64,000 nucleotides of DNA from Lingula anatina (taxonomy: Eukaryota > Animalia > Brachiopoda), in assembly GCA_051362555.1 (NCBI GenBank), contig CM120642.1, forward strand, positions 14,136,001 to 14,200,000, written 5' to 3'. This document shows, piece by piece, positions 1-14,200 of the stretch. The notes under the pieces were generated by a model. The model did no database searches. It saw only the letters and a list, made by a program, of their open reading frames with translations, and was not told the origin of the DNA. Position 1 is the first letter of the stretch. Each line of letters begins with the position of its first letter. The translations under genes were made by a program, and so were the position numbers.

Positions 1-1410
1 ATGTATTTATGGAATGGCACAAATCTGAATGAAAATGAAGAGTTCATTTTTACCATATTCAATTGTACTGCAATGTAGTTCGTTTGCAAAACTTAAACAA
101 TTGATACATTGATAGAAATGAAGGTTATTTTAATCAATAACCATATCCTGCAAAGGCCCAATTTTTGTAATGTGCCATACAGCAGTTTAATTTCAAACAT
201 TTTTTCTGAAATCTTTCTTCGTGGTAATGAGCAACCATATGGTTACAATTCCTTATCAATTTATCACATCGATTTAATGTACATATTGAAAACCATTTTT
301 ATTTTTGGAATTATAAATATGCGTAAAAATCACACAAAAATGAATTTCTGCAATGTTTGCGTTTCTCAGAGAATATATTGTGGCTTTACCTCAATGTGTT
401 TTCTCTCTGCAGAAGCCTCAGATTTGGACTGAACTTACTCTCCCAATATGAACCAGATAGTTCTTGTACTTTTGACGTCAATGGCTGCTCCACTTCATCA
501 TCTTCACTCGTTCCACTAATCCACCACAGGGGACTCCACGTAAAAACAAGGGCAAAAGATGAGCATGGGAAGCTCAATGTTTTGGTTACCCTGCACAGCT
601 ACATTATATCTTTACTCTCATGGCCCCAAACATGTGTATCCACATCTGCCCTATCAGTTGTGTAAAGGAAGTTGAGAGTGATAGAATAATCTCTTAACCA
701 AGCCTGAGCTTTCATCCCTGACCAAAAAAAAAAGTAGAAAAAAAAAGGGTCGAGTTGAAACCCAAGTGTAATGAAACTGAGTAATTCCACTACAACTTTT
801 TATCTTACATTGTGTGCCATTTGCAGTAAAAGTTCTGATAAGATGTGGGGGTGGGAGATATAATTGGACTTCTGGCTAAATATATAATAAGACAAGAAAA
901 AAGATGTATATATATATACTTACAGACATACAGATTACAAAGAAAAGAGAAACCTTTAATAAACTTTGAGGACTTTACATTTATTCCTTTGTTGATAAGA
1001 ATGCAAATTTAGATGGTATATATCCCACTTCATAACTACATTTTACTAAATAACTAGTTAATAACAGTTAATTTACCATGAATTTGAAAATGGTGTTTCA
1101 AGTTGGGCAGACTTAACTTTGTACAACCAATCTCATCATGTTGTATGATTATGGCTAGCTCACCACAGAAGCCAATCTGATTGCATGAATTCTCTCTCTC
1201 TCTCTCTCTCTCTGGGATGGGAGAAAAGAGGGATTAGATTTACTACTGGTGAGCTAATCATGGGCAGGTGCCACAAAGGAGTTACAGCCTAAACATTGTT
1301 CTACAAACTTTTGGGCCAAAAATTTTGACTGACTTGGATGGTAAATCCTGTGTTCAATGCAAATAATATTGCAACTGGATTACTGCAACTGTCCCTGTTC
1401 ATGCAAGGAC

Positions 1411-1584
1411 GGGGGCGTCTCGATAGTCCGAAGGTTCGTTGGTCCGAAGGTTCATTGGTCCGAAAAGTGGTAACATTTTCATCGATTTTTTAATCAAGGG
1501 TTCATTGGTCCGAAGGTTCTATAGTGAATATTCGGACCAATGAACCTTAGGACTATTGAACCTGCGGACTATCGAGACGCCCCC
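1411..1584. mobile_element. MITE with 27-bp TIRs, internal GGTTCATTGGTCCGAA repeats and long (12-14 bp) TSD
   Basis: GGGGGCGTCTCGATAGTCCGAAGGTTC ... GAACCTGCGGACTATCGAGACGCCCCC (26/27 match). GTTCATGCAAGGAC is duplicated at 1397-1410 and 1585-1598. Confidence 0.9.
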
Positions 1585-4500
1585 GTTCATGCAAGGACTG
1601 GCTTAAATGGAAATCTACCATTATGTTCCATTTTTACATCATGGGTGACCTACCCAACAGGGTCCTTTCATAATTCTCCAATAATCCCAGTCACCACAGC
1701 GCATGCATTTCATCCAACTTAATAAGATTCTAAACAACACATTTTAGTTTATTTCCCATTCCCAGTTATTCCTGTGTCTGAAAGTGCCAGCAGGAACCTA
1801 CTCCATCAAAATGCCCGTCCCCAATGTCAATCAGTGTACAAGCGTGATTATTTATATCTACGCTATGGTATCATTTGTGTATAAATTTACTCTTCCTTAT
1901 TTTAAACTGTCTAATCAATCTGTCTAAACAGACTAATCAATCAATTAATCACCCAAACAGTGAGGGTACATGCACTTATCATTTCTTTGCCAACTGGAAG
2001 TCGTACGGAATCCTTCCAAAGTCTTGAAAAGTAGCAATGTCATACAAAGTGCATGTGAAGTTATAAAGTAACATTGATTAATTACATAGTTCTAAATATA
2101 GAGCTCAAAGCTTGCAAGGTCCTTGACTGTTTTAAGTCACAATGAGTGCTTGCAAAACTCTTAGGTCACAATCAGTGCTTGTGAAGTTTTTAAATGAATC
2201 CAAATGCTGGTTAAGTCTGTAAGACTTATAAAGTCTAAAATGATATTACAGCAGCATTAAAAATAATATTCTGTATGCCCATCAATTTATTGGGATGCAT
2301 ATGCACAAATACACCCATGTCCACAAGCGCACACATACACACATATGCACAGCAGATCCATGCTGGCACCAATAAACAAAATGCACAATCACAGGACATT
2401 TGTTTTCCATAAACTATTGACCAAAGGTGACATATCTATAGATTGCATAATTTAATGACCATTTTTACAGGGGAATGGTCATGCTCATGGCCAGTTAATT
2501 TACAATCATGAATGGTCACCTCTGCTTAAAGACCAGTGGGTGTGGTGCCTAATGACCTCTAAGGTGTGCAGAATACATTAACAGACTGCCATTGCTTCTC
2601 ATTATAATTTTTATGAATGAAAAGAGGGCAGTGTTTTGATGGAGGGGGGGGGGGGGGAGGGAGGGTTTTATGTAAGCTAAGCTGATAAAGGGCATTTTAG
2701 TTTTGTTTGCCACAGAGGTTATTTTTTCTAAAAAAAACTTCGTCAACCTGTTGCATGCTGCTTCAAAACGGACAATTATAACCATTTTTACACCTATCTT
2801 CATCAATCACGCAAGTATTTTCTAGAAACAAATTATATACTGGTATGATATGCACTGTGCGGTTAGAAAACATTAATACTGGTAGCTCAAGAGAATAACT
2901 ACTGAATTGTGTAGAGAGTGCCAGTGCACCATACAAATCTTGGCAAGCATGAAATGACGCGAGGCAAGAGGGTGGATGATAAGTGAATGTTTTGAACCTT
3001 CGTTACTTTTTTCTCTTTCATTACAATAACATTTATCAAAAGCCACAAGATTCTTAAAATAGAGACTGCATCTGACTGGGTACTAAATATCAATACTCCC
3101 TATTTAGATTCAGACAAAGAAGGGAGATTTTATATAATCCATGACGCTGCTGATCACTCCCCCCATAAAAACCATGTATGTTTTTTTCAAATATATAAGT
3201 GAATGTTTCCTGAGCCTTGAAGCATTACATCTGAAATGCATTTCTCCAAAAACTGCAATGAAAATTGGGTAAAAGTTTAAATGTGCCTAAAAACTAACAC
3301 ATTACCCAGATTAGACATACAATATGTCAGCGATATGTTATCCTCAGTTACTTTGTTTTCATTTATTCAACTAGAGGATCAGAGAGGTGATACTGCCTCT
3401 GGGTATTGTACCACCACTGGAGTAAGGGCATTTGTATGGAAAAGCAAAAAAAGGGACACCACCTTCAGTGTTGTGCTTGACAAGCTCTATAAAATGCAGT
3501 AAACAAAAGTTCTCAATAATTTTGTTGAAAATTACCATTTAAAACAAAATCATAGGTAAAAATAGTTTTATTCCAAATTTGTGAAGTGTAGTTCATGGCG
3601 AAAAGTAGGTCAAAGGTCAATGTAGTTTCTGAAAATTGGCAAAAATAAATTTTTCTTGCAAAAAATTCTCATTTTTAGAAAAATTTTGCCTGTTTGACCT
3701 TGAAATAAAGGTCAAATCCAAGGGCATATTTTAAATCTCCACATGATTTTCGGTAAGCCATCTGTAGAAATTTTCCCATAATTCCTTCAGTTTGGGAGAT
3801 ATTTAGCAATTAATTTTGCAAATTTTGGACAGGGGTGCATTGCAACAAGTGCCACGCCTAGACCCCAGCACTGACAAAGCCCAAAATTTACGTGGATCAA
3901 GTTGAGATTATATGTGATGTAAATCCAAGAGATGAAAAGAGAGCAGTAACCAAAAGATATATATGTGCATTCAGTAGAATTATTTTGCTAAAAGTCAATG
4001 TAAAGATACTTGCCATTCTGAAGACATTTCCAAATTAATTTCACATTTTTTTAGTTATTTAACAAATATTAAGCATAAAAACAAGAATGAAAAAGCTCAT
4101 GTGAAGAATAACAAAAATTCTGTATTTATTATAACAAAAGAAGGTCTGTGATAAATAAAAACTAGAAATTTATGCAATAATTGCCACTGGTAAAAATCAA
4201 CACAAAATATAAAATGTCAACTTTCTTAACAGCCTCATGCCCATATTCTTTATATTTATCACCATATTCATTATAATTAATAACAAGCATCAAGTGAAAG
4301 ACATCAGTGAAGACATGAACTTATGTATGTTACCATGCTTTATGTACTATCAGAGGTGCTTTGAATTTTTTTTTTAATGTGAGAAATGTTTTGTCATTCA
4401 GTTCATGATGCATCTTCAGCCATTCAGGTTGGGCCCCCATTGTTTTTCTTTTCTTTTCTTCTTTTATTTTCTGAAGTCCACATCAACCATATGCCTAAAA

Positions 4501-4975
4501 AGTAACGAAACAAAACTTTTTCATTGATTTTACCTTTCCAATAACTTAGCTTATGGATTTGCATTACTGGGATCTTATCTGGAAAAAATGGACTACTTTA
4601 AATGCTTTCATGGACAACTTGTCTTTGGCACCATTTATGCAGTAACATGTACCAAAACACTAATATGATGTTTAGGTCACAACATCCTGAAAAAGTCATT
4701 GAAAAAATGTTCACTTATGATGATGATTCCATACTGATAACATTCTTTGTCATACCAAATAACACTCAGGAGGCTAGCCGCTATGCCAGTCATTTTAAAA
4801 TCTTTTTTCTTTCACTATCTTGCATGCATTAGCATGGTTATCGTGGACCTTGTCTGCTCCTGCAAAGTAAATCTTGACTGACATAGCATCAAATAATAAA
4901 ACATGAAATGTCATGTTAAGTTTTTTTTTTCATTTTATCAGAAGCTGAGTTTTTAGGCATCTAATGTTAACAAAG

Positions 4976-5233
4976 GGCTTATTCCCATTGCAACTATCAG
5001 TCTACATAGATCGATCAAACTCCATTGGGACTCTCGCTGAATGCCATCACTCAGATAATCATAACAGATTAAAATGCCTCCTCTTGTTTCCAAGGTACTC
5101 ATTTAATCACCAGGTATTCTGTATTCTACTGAAAGCCAGGAGGAAGCATGTTAATCTGTTAGACTAAGGACATTCAGTCCCCTCGGAGTTGGATCGATCT
5201 ATATAGAGTGAAAGTGTCAATGGGAATGAGACC
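4976..5233. mobile_element. Old foldback MITE (~250 bp; family shared with 56390 and 61731 copies)
   Basis: Imperfect long inverted arms: ggcttattcccattg...tagatcgatcaaactcc and ggagttggatcgatcta...caatgggaatgagacc. Confidence 0.7.
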
Positions 5234-6901
5234 TAAAACACTTGACCATGGCCATGTCTGTTTAGTAAAAGTGTGTATGCTTCACTGACAAAATGGGGAA
5301 AATTAAGTAAATGAATACAGAATAATGAAAAAGAAGCGCAGCATTACAATGACTAAAATTTATTTTAATAAATATTGAAATAGTTAAAGGAATTTGCAGT
5401 GTTACCTCACTACTGTAATAAAATATGAATTTAAGGCAAAAAGCACCTAATTAGTTTGTGATATGTTATATAGTATTTTTTATAGCTTTTATTGAAAATA
5501 TCACACTGAAGTTGAGGAGTTAGGGGACTCACACATGACAAAAGTAATAATCAGCATAAAAAATATATAGACATACACAACTACAACAGAGAGAGCCTGA
5601 CAGTCTGACACTTAAGAAGAGGAAGAAAAAATAAATTTAAATTGTATCTCTCAAAGTCAGTTCCTCTGATCATTATCATTCACCAAATTTAATCTAAAAT
5701 CATATAATGTCAGAGATATGTCACATCAGAGTAAAACCAAACTCCAATCCACAAGAGAGAAACAATTGCATGCTGCCACTGCTTTAACTCCGTGGCATCA
5801 ATCCTGAAAAGAATGCTGCTGTCATCCAAAAAGCCAAGCTTAATACAACTCTGTTTTTGATTCAATGAGTAAGGTCAGGGCTAGGAGGCGTAAACAGTAT
5901 ATATGGAGAGATTTAATAACCAGCAACACAGAAACATGACAGAACTGGTTTCCCTCGCTAATGTACTTATAAGGAGGATGTCCATACTTCTTTCTTTGAC
6001 ACTTAAGTTCAAGCTGATAGTAAACTTTGACATGCAATCTATGCATAAACTGATATAAGCAAACTTACTGATTTATCAGGATAAAAAGGGAATGCAGTTG
6101 TATCTCATATTGTGTAAATTAAAAGTAATGTCAGAACAAGAGGAAAATGTAAAGGTTATTTAAGACAGTGCATTTCCACAATAACTAAATTCATATTAAA
6201 ACAAAAAGATGAAAAAAAAGAAAAATCTACAATATATTGTCAAAAGTCCCCCATAGATCAGTTGTGTTGAATATAATCGATATGAAGGTAATTGTTTTAA
6301 ACAAATTACTTCAATGCAACATATTGTACCTTTGAAACTATTCCTTGATGCCCATTGCCATAATTTAATTTTTACTGTTTCCAAATACAATTTCCGTTTT
6401 GAATTTTAGGTGGTGTCAACCAAAATCTGTAGCCAACTCTTCCCATCAAACACCACTATGTGCCATCTTGAATTTATTTCAATGTTTCTTTTTTTAACAA
6501 ATGCAGTTTTAACTTTTTAAACACATATTGAAGTTATATAATGCTAATCAATAGCAAAACTTTGCTGCGCTTGATACAAAACAACTGCCTATTTTGCCTT
6601 TGTGAAATGTAGGAAGCAGTCATCTACCTCCCCCTCCAACAATGGGAAAATTAGCAGTGGATCTATATTCTGTACACCTCATTCTTATGCATAGGCACAA
6701 TTTCTACAGTAACTGAGGACCTATAGCAATTTGACTTCACTGGATTGAATTTCCCCCATTAACTGACCACCCTAGCAGATAAATGCACAGGGCATATAGG
6801 TACATGCATAAATCTAAAACTTCCACAGAGACCACACAGTCAACTAGTTTGATGTTCATGTTTACAATTCAATGAAAACATCTAAATTCTAGTCTAGTTC
6901 T

Positions 6902-6922
6902 GAGAGAGAGAGAGAGAGAGAG

Positions 6923-6956
<34 letters not shown>

Positions 6957-6982
6957 GTGTGTGGGGGGGGGGGAGGGGGGGG
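6902..6982. repeat. (GA)n microsatellite plus poly-G
   Basis: Directly visible in the sequence. Confidence 0.95.
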
Positions 6983-8825
6983 ACTGAGTGCACTTCACTA
7001 TCAAGTGTAATTTCCATGCATTGATGTATTATTAACAAGACAGACACTGAGAACAGTTCCTTGCATCAAATTTCCATTGCAATATATCATGACTGAAAAA
7101 CATAGTGGCATCTATTTTGATCTCTGCACTGCTTCTTGTTTTTTAAGTCATGAGTGTTTTGAAAAATGAAAAAAACATGAAAATTAGAGCAGAGATGATT
7201 CGAGGTCTATGTCACTGTCTTTTATAAAATATCCTTGCTATATTTCCATATTTCTTTGCACAAAAATAAATTATTTTAAATAAAATGAAAGTTCCATTTA
7301 AGATAGCTATAAAACTTTGACATTTGAAATATTTCAATAATATATATTATGGGTAAATAATTTTTTTTCTGCACAACCTTTTATTAAATTCTATTTTAAA
7401 GGCTTTTATGAATAATCTTCAACAGTCAATAACATCCAATTTTACATTTTAATTTCTTCTGTCCCAGTGAAAACTAAAAGTTATGGCTTTAGTTAAAAAA
7501 AAACATAGGTGGGATTGAAAATACGCCTAGGATAGGCTCTCTTTTTATTTCTTTCCAATGATATAAAATCTTTGAAATAAAAGCAATGAGAACCACAAAA
7601 TGTACGGCTACCTTTCCAGGTTACCTTATACAATAATTAACAATATAACCCCAAATAGTTCAAACACAAATGTCTCTGCACTAAGAGTATATTGGGAAAA
7701 AAAGTCCTGTTCGATCTTCCCACCATTTTTCCAAATACCCCCATGTGTCCTTCCTCACTGCTCATTATCGAGGACTGTGATCCATCACTCTGTGTTTTCA
7801 CTGCATACTGGAAACACTAGACATCATTTGTATACAATTTCATTACGTGAAAAAAGTACATGTGTTTTGCATGAAGACAGATCATTTCCTGCACTCCAAA
7901 ACACAAAAGTAAACTTCCCATTTTTCACAGCCAAAACATTGCATGGTCACATGACCTTTTTTTCATCCCTTCTTGATAATGATAAGTCGAGCCCATACGT
8001 GAGGTTAAAACGTTATTAGTTGTTTCTTTAGAAGTGCATTAGAGTGCCATCCACCTCTTGTACGAGGGCCAATGTGTAAAAAAATACATTTGTTTTATAT
8101 CTAATTACATTAATCTTAAATTAACTTTTTCGAACCTCTTTTAAACAAAAATGTCTGCTGCAGTTCAAAAGATGTGATTTTTTTAAAAGAAGTTATATGC
8201 AATTAAATAACCTTTACAAAATGAGTTGTTTTTTAATACTTAATACTTAAATACTTAAAGTTTTGTATGGTAAAAATGATGCAAATATTTTCCTTAATAC
8301 CAAAATTTTAAAGTATGTTAATAAATGCTTCACATACAATTTATTCTTAAATATATAATTGTAGATTACTATAAGAAATCCCAGGTAATTTGGGAGAGGA
8401 CGAAATTGCATACTATCCCTATAAGATCTGCATGACTTTCTTTTACGGATGAATACTGTCCTTCTTTATTTCTGATGTCATGACACAAAGTGACACAATT
8501 TTCATAGTTTTAAAGGTAAACACTTAGTGCCATACACACACTTAGACTATTGCAGCCATATCAGATTTACCTACTTCTTCACTTTTTCTCACAGTGTTGC
8601 AGGATCTTAGAATGATTTTGGTGATTAAGGCCCCCAAACGTCAAATTATTCCTTTCTGCAGCATATGTGTTGGAAGCTGGTCTGCTTTATGTGCTAATCT
8701 TGCACATGTGAGATGGGAAGGCTGAAACAACATACATGTACAGTATGCAGAACTCCTGAAAGAGGGAGGGGAGAGAGAGGGAAGAGCGCAGAGAGAAAGG
8801 GAGAGAGAGATAAAGACAAAAGGTG

Positions 8826-8993
8826 CAGGCCCGTAGCCAGCAATTTCAAAAGGGGGGTTCTTTTTCTGAAAAAGTGGACCTTTTCCCATAAAAACTTCAT
8901 GTACCTAGATCAAATTTTACCCAGAGTGGACCTTTTTCCAGCAAAAGGGGCGGTTCTTTCGAACCCCCCGAACCCCCCCTGGCTACGGGCCTG
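8826..8993. mobile_element. MITE (168 bp), 15-bp TIR CAGGCCCGTAGCCAG, 5-bp TSD AGGTG
   Basis: Perfect TIRs. AGGTG at 8821-8825 and 8994-8998. Internal AGTGGACCTTTT repeat present twice. Confidence 0.9.
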
Positions 8994-9029
8994 AGGTGGA
9001 TAATGCTTATGTTTCACAAGTTAGAATGA

Positions 9030-9152
9030 AGAGAGAGAGAGAGAGAGGGGAAATAAGGGAGAAAAAGAGGGCAGAGAGAGAGGGAAAGAAGGAGAGAGAG
9101 AAAGAGGACAGAAAGAGGGTGCAGAGAGAGAGAGAGAGAGAGAGAATAGGGT

Positions 9153-9191
<39 letters not shown>
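9030..9191. repeat. Interrupted (GA)n purine tract
   Basis: Directly visible in the sequence. Confidence 0.93.
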
Positions 9192-9197
<6 letters not shown>

Positions 9198-10102
9198 GTG
9201 GTGTAAGGAAAATTCTAAACAAATGTTTTTGAGTGACTGCTCAAAAATGCAGCAACAGGTGCTGGATTAAATGCATTTATAGGGCTTAAGAACAGTTTCA
9301 CAAGTAATCATATGCATTTTCTATCATTTAATCAGTGAAAAACAGGCCTAAATGCATAATTAAAATTTGCCTCCAAAATATCAACTCATGTCACAGAGAC
9401 ATACAGAAATGATCTTATACTGTATTTTGTCATACTGTTCTTTTTTGACAACTGCAATAGTGTCTCTAACCTATATTCTCGACACACTGCACCAATTCTT
9501 TTTGAAGGGACGGAAATGTCATAGTAAATCCAACCTGATGCCTATCTTCTGCAATCAGGACTTATCTGTCAGTTTCGTATATTTCTTTCTGCTGACAAAG
9601 ACATAATTACTTCACTTTTCCTGAGTTTTATGGCAGCCCGTTTCCCCTTAGAATATCGACTGTGCACAGGTCACGCATTACCATATCCAGATTTCATGGC
9701 ACATGTATTAAACAAAACCTCCACAAAACATGGATGAGTATATTAAGTGGGTGTATTGTAAGTCAATATTTACAGCTTTACATAAAAGTAAAATTCTGAG
9801 AAAAATCAATAAAAATACAAATAAATACATTATATATCTATTTGATTTCAATTTCTTAAAATATATTTTTATTTATTAAGGCAATTTCTTTTAGCATGGA
9901 ATCAAGTCCACGACACAATACTGTACAAATGTTAGCATATGTCACCCCTAGTCCAAGGGCCCACCCTCTGTGTACTTCAAATTTCTAGATGACACAGCTG
10001 ATCATGTGACATCCGCTATAATTATGTCTGTGGTACACCACTCACCGGAACAGTGTGGTTATAAATTATCATAACTGATCTTTTTATTCATGTTCTCCTT
10101 AC

Positions 10103-10222
10103 AAACCTAAAACACAAATCTAAAATGGCCTAGGTGATGTAAGTAGTGCTAAATTTAGCTCATTATCAACCTAAAAACAAATCTAAAGTGAACTAAGTGA
10201 TGTAAATAGTGTCAAATTTAGA
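10103..10222. repeat. Diverged ~65-bp tandem duplication
   Basis: aacctaaaa..caaatctaaa.tg..cta.gtgatgtaa.tagtg..aaatttag occurs twice. Confidence 0.7.
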
Positions 10223-10694
10223 TGGCCTTGTTATGGGTCTTCCAAAGGCGGTTGCCTTGAAAAATTAATAAAAGGGAAAAATGAACAATCTAAACAATTT
10301 CACAATATTAGCCTTGGATGATAAAAAAAAAAAAAAAAGAAAAAAAGAAAAAAAAGGCCAACATATTTTTACAATATTGGCCAAGGGTAAATATCAGCCT
10401 GGATGTAATACTGTTATTTAAGGCTGTAAGATATCCTCTGTACAATTCTGATACAATACTTTTAATTTAACCTGAATACGTATAATAAAGTAATAAACTG
10501 GGATCTGTTTTAAAAATGAATTTTTAACTCAGTAAGTATAAACTCTTAGACTAAAGTTTTAGTCTACTTTGACCGGGCCAAGATAAATCATTAGTAGTAT
10601 AATTAAATGAAATATGGTGCTACGTAAAATGCAAAGGTAATGCTTCAGGCCAACACTTTTTTCATTTATGTTGGCCATGCAATGAACAAATCGG

Positions 10695-13600
10695 GCAGAG
10701 TTTTTGGATCGAAACGTTTGATCAATTTTCAGTTTTAAGATAACTTATGTGACAATAACATGACTCCAAATGATAACATGAAATCAGACAAAATTTTTAA
10801 TTGAAAAGTTTGATCAATTTTCAGTTTTAAGATAACATGTGTAACAATAACATATGACTCCAAGAGCACTGTGAGCACATATTTAGACAATTTTCTCTGT
10901 CTGAGCCAAAATGTGAAAACAAAATGTGAAAACAAAATGTGAAAACTTGCTCTTGTTAATTTGCAGAGTAATGATGTAAGTTTGGTTTGGTGCATGTCAC
11001 CATAATAGAATTCAAGGAAAAACACCTCAGTCACATCCTGTGTGATTAAATTCATAATCTTAATAATGTGGGTAGTGATAATCAAAGCATCCTTTTTAAA
11101 ACTGGAAACAGGTGCATCTAATAATGCTATTGTACTTGTTGCTAATATTTTCCATTGAAGTCAATTGTACTCCTAACAGTGGCAATAAGGTGACAAATAC
11201 GTGGGCAGTAGTTGTTGAGGAAAGCAGTCTTTTACGCAGTTAACGTGAAAAAATATATCATATTGAAATTTTGCTGTAAAGTGTTGAGGACGTCATTTTA
11301 AACAAATTGGTCTTTCAGTGCATGGTAAATAAAAGTGAAAAATTCTACAATATTGGATTCTCATTTCAGACATCTATACAATAAACTTATTTGCCACAAA
11401 TGTACAATTAAACTAAAACATACTAAGTTGTTTGGTACAGTGATGGAATATAAATAGCTTCACTCAGTCAACCTTTCATTATTTCTTTCTTTTATTCTTT
11501 TTATTTATTTACTTATAATTTTTTTTTTTTGGGGGGGGTGGGGGGTGAAACTTCTGAAGCTGGTAGGAGGAGGGAACAAGTATCTTGCACTCCTCACCCC
11601 CCAGTTCTGCCACTGTAAACAGTGGTGACAGTCTCACATCATAACTACACACCACGGTGACACAGATACCATGTCAATCTCATCCTCTCTAAACTGACTT
11701 GCTAGGCAAAGTTTTTGAACAAAAAGTTTAATCAATTTTCAGGTTTAAGTTAACTTGTGTGACAATAACATGACTCCAAGAGCACTGCGAGTACATATTT
11801 GGACAATTTTCTCTGTCTGAGTCAAAATGTGAAAACTTGCTCTAGTTCATTCGCAGAGTAATGATGTAAGTTTGGTTTGGTGGATGCACCATAACCTTCT
11901 CTTCTATAGAATTCAAGGAAAAACACCTCAGACATATCCTTTCTTCATGATTAAATCCATAATCATAATATTGTGGGTAGTGATAATCAAAGCATCCTTT
12001 TTAAAACTGGAAACAGACGCATCTAATAACGCCATTGTACTTGCTGCTAATATTTTCAATTAAAGTCAATTGTACTCCTAACAGTGGCAGTAAGGTGACA
12101 AATACGTGGGCAGTAGTCATTGAGGAAAGCAGTCTTTGATGCAGTTAACGTGAAAAAATAAATCATATTGAAATTTTGCTGTCATGTGTTGAGGACATGA
12201 TTTTAAACAAATTGGTCTTTTAGTACATGGTAAATAAAAATGAAAAATTCTACAATATTGGATCCTCATTTCAGACATCTAAACAATAAACTTATTTGCC
12301 ACATATGTACAATTGAACTAAAGAAATATATATATATATATATATATGTAATTGGGGCCTAAAGGTTTTGCTGGGGTGGGTGATTGGCAGAGTGGTGGGG
12401 GAAGGGAGAGAGGAAGAAGGACAGAAAAAAATATATTTGCTTTGCTTCACTTGGGATCACTGTGCATTTTAACCTAAAACATACTAAGTTGTTTGGCACA
12501 GTCATGGAATAACAATAGCTTCACTCAGTCAACCTTTCATTCCTTCTCTCTTTTATTTTTTTAATTCATTTACTTATATTTTTTTTTTTGGGGGGGTGGG
12601 GGAGGGGACAAAACTTCTGAAGCTGGTAGGAGGGAGGAACAAGTGTCCATGCACTCCTCACCCCCACCCCCAAGATGATGATCTGCCACTGTAAACAGTG
12701 CTGACAGTCTCTCATCATAACTGTCTCACACACCATGATGACACAGATACTATGTCAACCTCATCCTCTCTAAACTGATTTGCAAGGCAAAGTTTTTGAA
12801 CAAAAAGTTTGATCAATTTTCAGTTTTAATTTAACTTGTGTGACAATAACATGACTCCAAGAGCACTGTGAGCACTTGTTTTGACAATTTTCTCTGTTTG
12901 AGCCAAAATGTGAAAACTTGCTCTTCTTCATTCACAGAGTAATGATGTAAGTTTGGTTTGGTGCATGTCACCATAACCTTCTCTTCTATAGAATTCAAGG
13001 AAAAACACCTCAGTCACATCCTGTGTGATTAAATCCATAATCATAATAATGTGGGTAGTGATAATCAAAGCATCCTTTTTATAACTGGAAACAGACGCAT
13101 CTAATAACGCCATTGTACTTGCTGCTAATATTTTCAATTAAAGTCAATTGTACTCCTAACAGTGGCAGTAAGGTGACAAATACGTGGGCAGTAGTTGTTG
13201 AGGAAAGCAGTCTTTTACGCAGTTAACGTGAAAGAAATAAATCATATTGAAATTTTGCTGTCATGTGTTGTGGATATGATTTTAAACAAATTGGTCTTTC
13301 AGTACATGGTAAATAAAAATAAAAAATTCTACAATATTGGATACTCATTTCAGACTTCTATACAATAAACTTATTTGCCACATATGTACAATTAAGCTAA
13401 AGAAATATATATATGTAATTGGGGCCTAAAGGTTTTGCTGGGTGGTTGGTTGGTGGGTGGTTGGCAGAGGGGGGGAGGGGGGGAGGGAGAGAGGAAGAAG
13501 GACAGAAAAAAATATTTGCTTTGCTTCACTTGGGATCACTGTGCATTTTAACCTAAAACATACTAAGTTGTTTGGCACAGTGATGGAATAATAATAGCTT

Positions 13601-14200
13601 CACTCAGTCAACCTTTCATTATTTCTTTCTTTTATTCTTTTTATCTATTTACTTCTATCTCACACACCTAAAAAAAAAAAAAAAAAGCATATTGAAAATG
13701 TGTTTCCATGTGTTGAGGATGTGATTTTTTTTTTAAATTCGTCTTTGGGTGCATGGTTATTGAAAAATTATACAATGCTGGATCCTCATTTGGGAACCCT
13801 ATACATAAAAATGTATATGATACATATGTTCAACAATTAAAAAATATATGGAAGTGGGAAGAGCACACAAATCAAAAATTTCTGCCTGACTTCATTGTGG
13901 TTATTGCATATTTAAAATAGATTAAATTTGTATGGCACATTTATGAAAAACTAATAGCTTCATTCAGTAAACCTTCCTTTTTTTTTGGGGGGGGGGGGGG
14001 GGAGTGGTGGTGGTGAGGGGGAGGTGAAAGTTCTGAACCTGGGAGGAGGGGGGAACAAGTGTCCATGCACTCTTCACCCCTCCCCACCCCCAGATCTGCC
14101 ATTGTAAACCAAGACAGTGCTGACTTAACTGTCTCAAACACCACAGTGACACAGATACCGTGTCAACCTCATCCTCTCTTAACTGATTTGCAAGGCAAAG
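10695..14200. repeat. Long-period tandem repeat (~0.9-1.1 kb unit, 3 copies plus a degenerate partial 4th)
   Basis: Anchor GACTCCAAGAGCACTG at 10856, 11772 and 12853. The unit end cctcatcctctc..aactga recurs at ~11680, ~12760 and ~14170. Confidence 0.93.

Noticed and set aside
109-790. Overlapping short ORFs with splice-like signals on both strands (ctgcAG at ~412 on +; acceptor ~720 and donor ~437 on -)
   Set aside because: No frame gives a recognisable protein or a consistent start. It could be a UTR or terminal exon, but this cannot be supported.
3370-3900. Possible Helentron/HINE-like remnant (aactagagg start, ggtcaaaggtcaa / tgaccttga motifs)
   Set aside because: Boundaries and terminal structures could not be defined by eye.
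10735-13137. Recurring ORFs in the 1-kb tandem repeat
   Set aside because: Frames are broken by indels between copies, so there is no sign of coding constraint.
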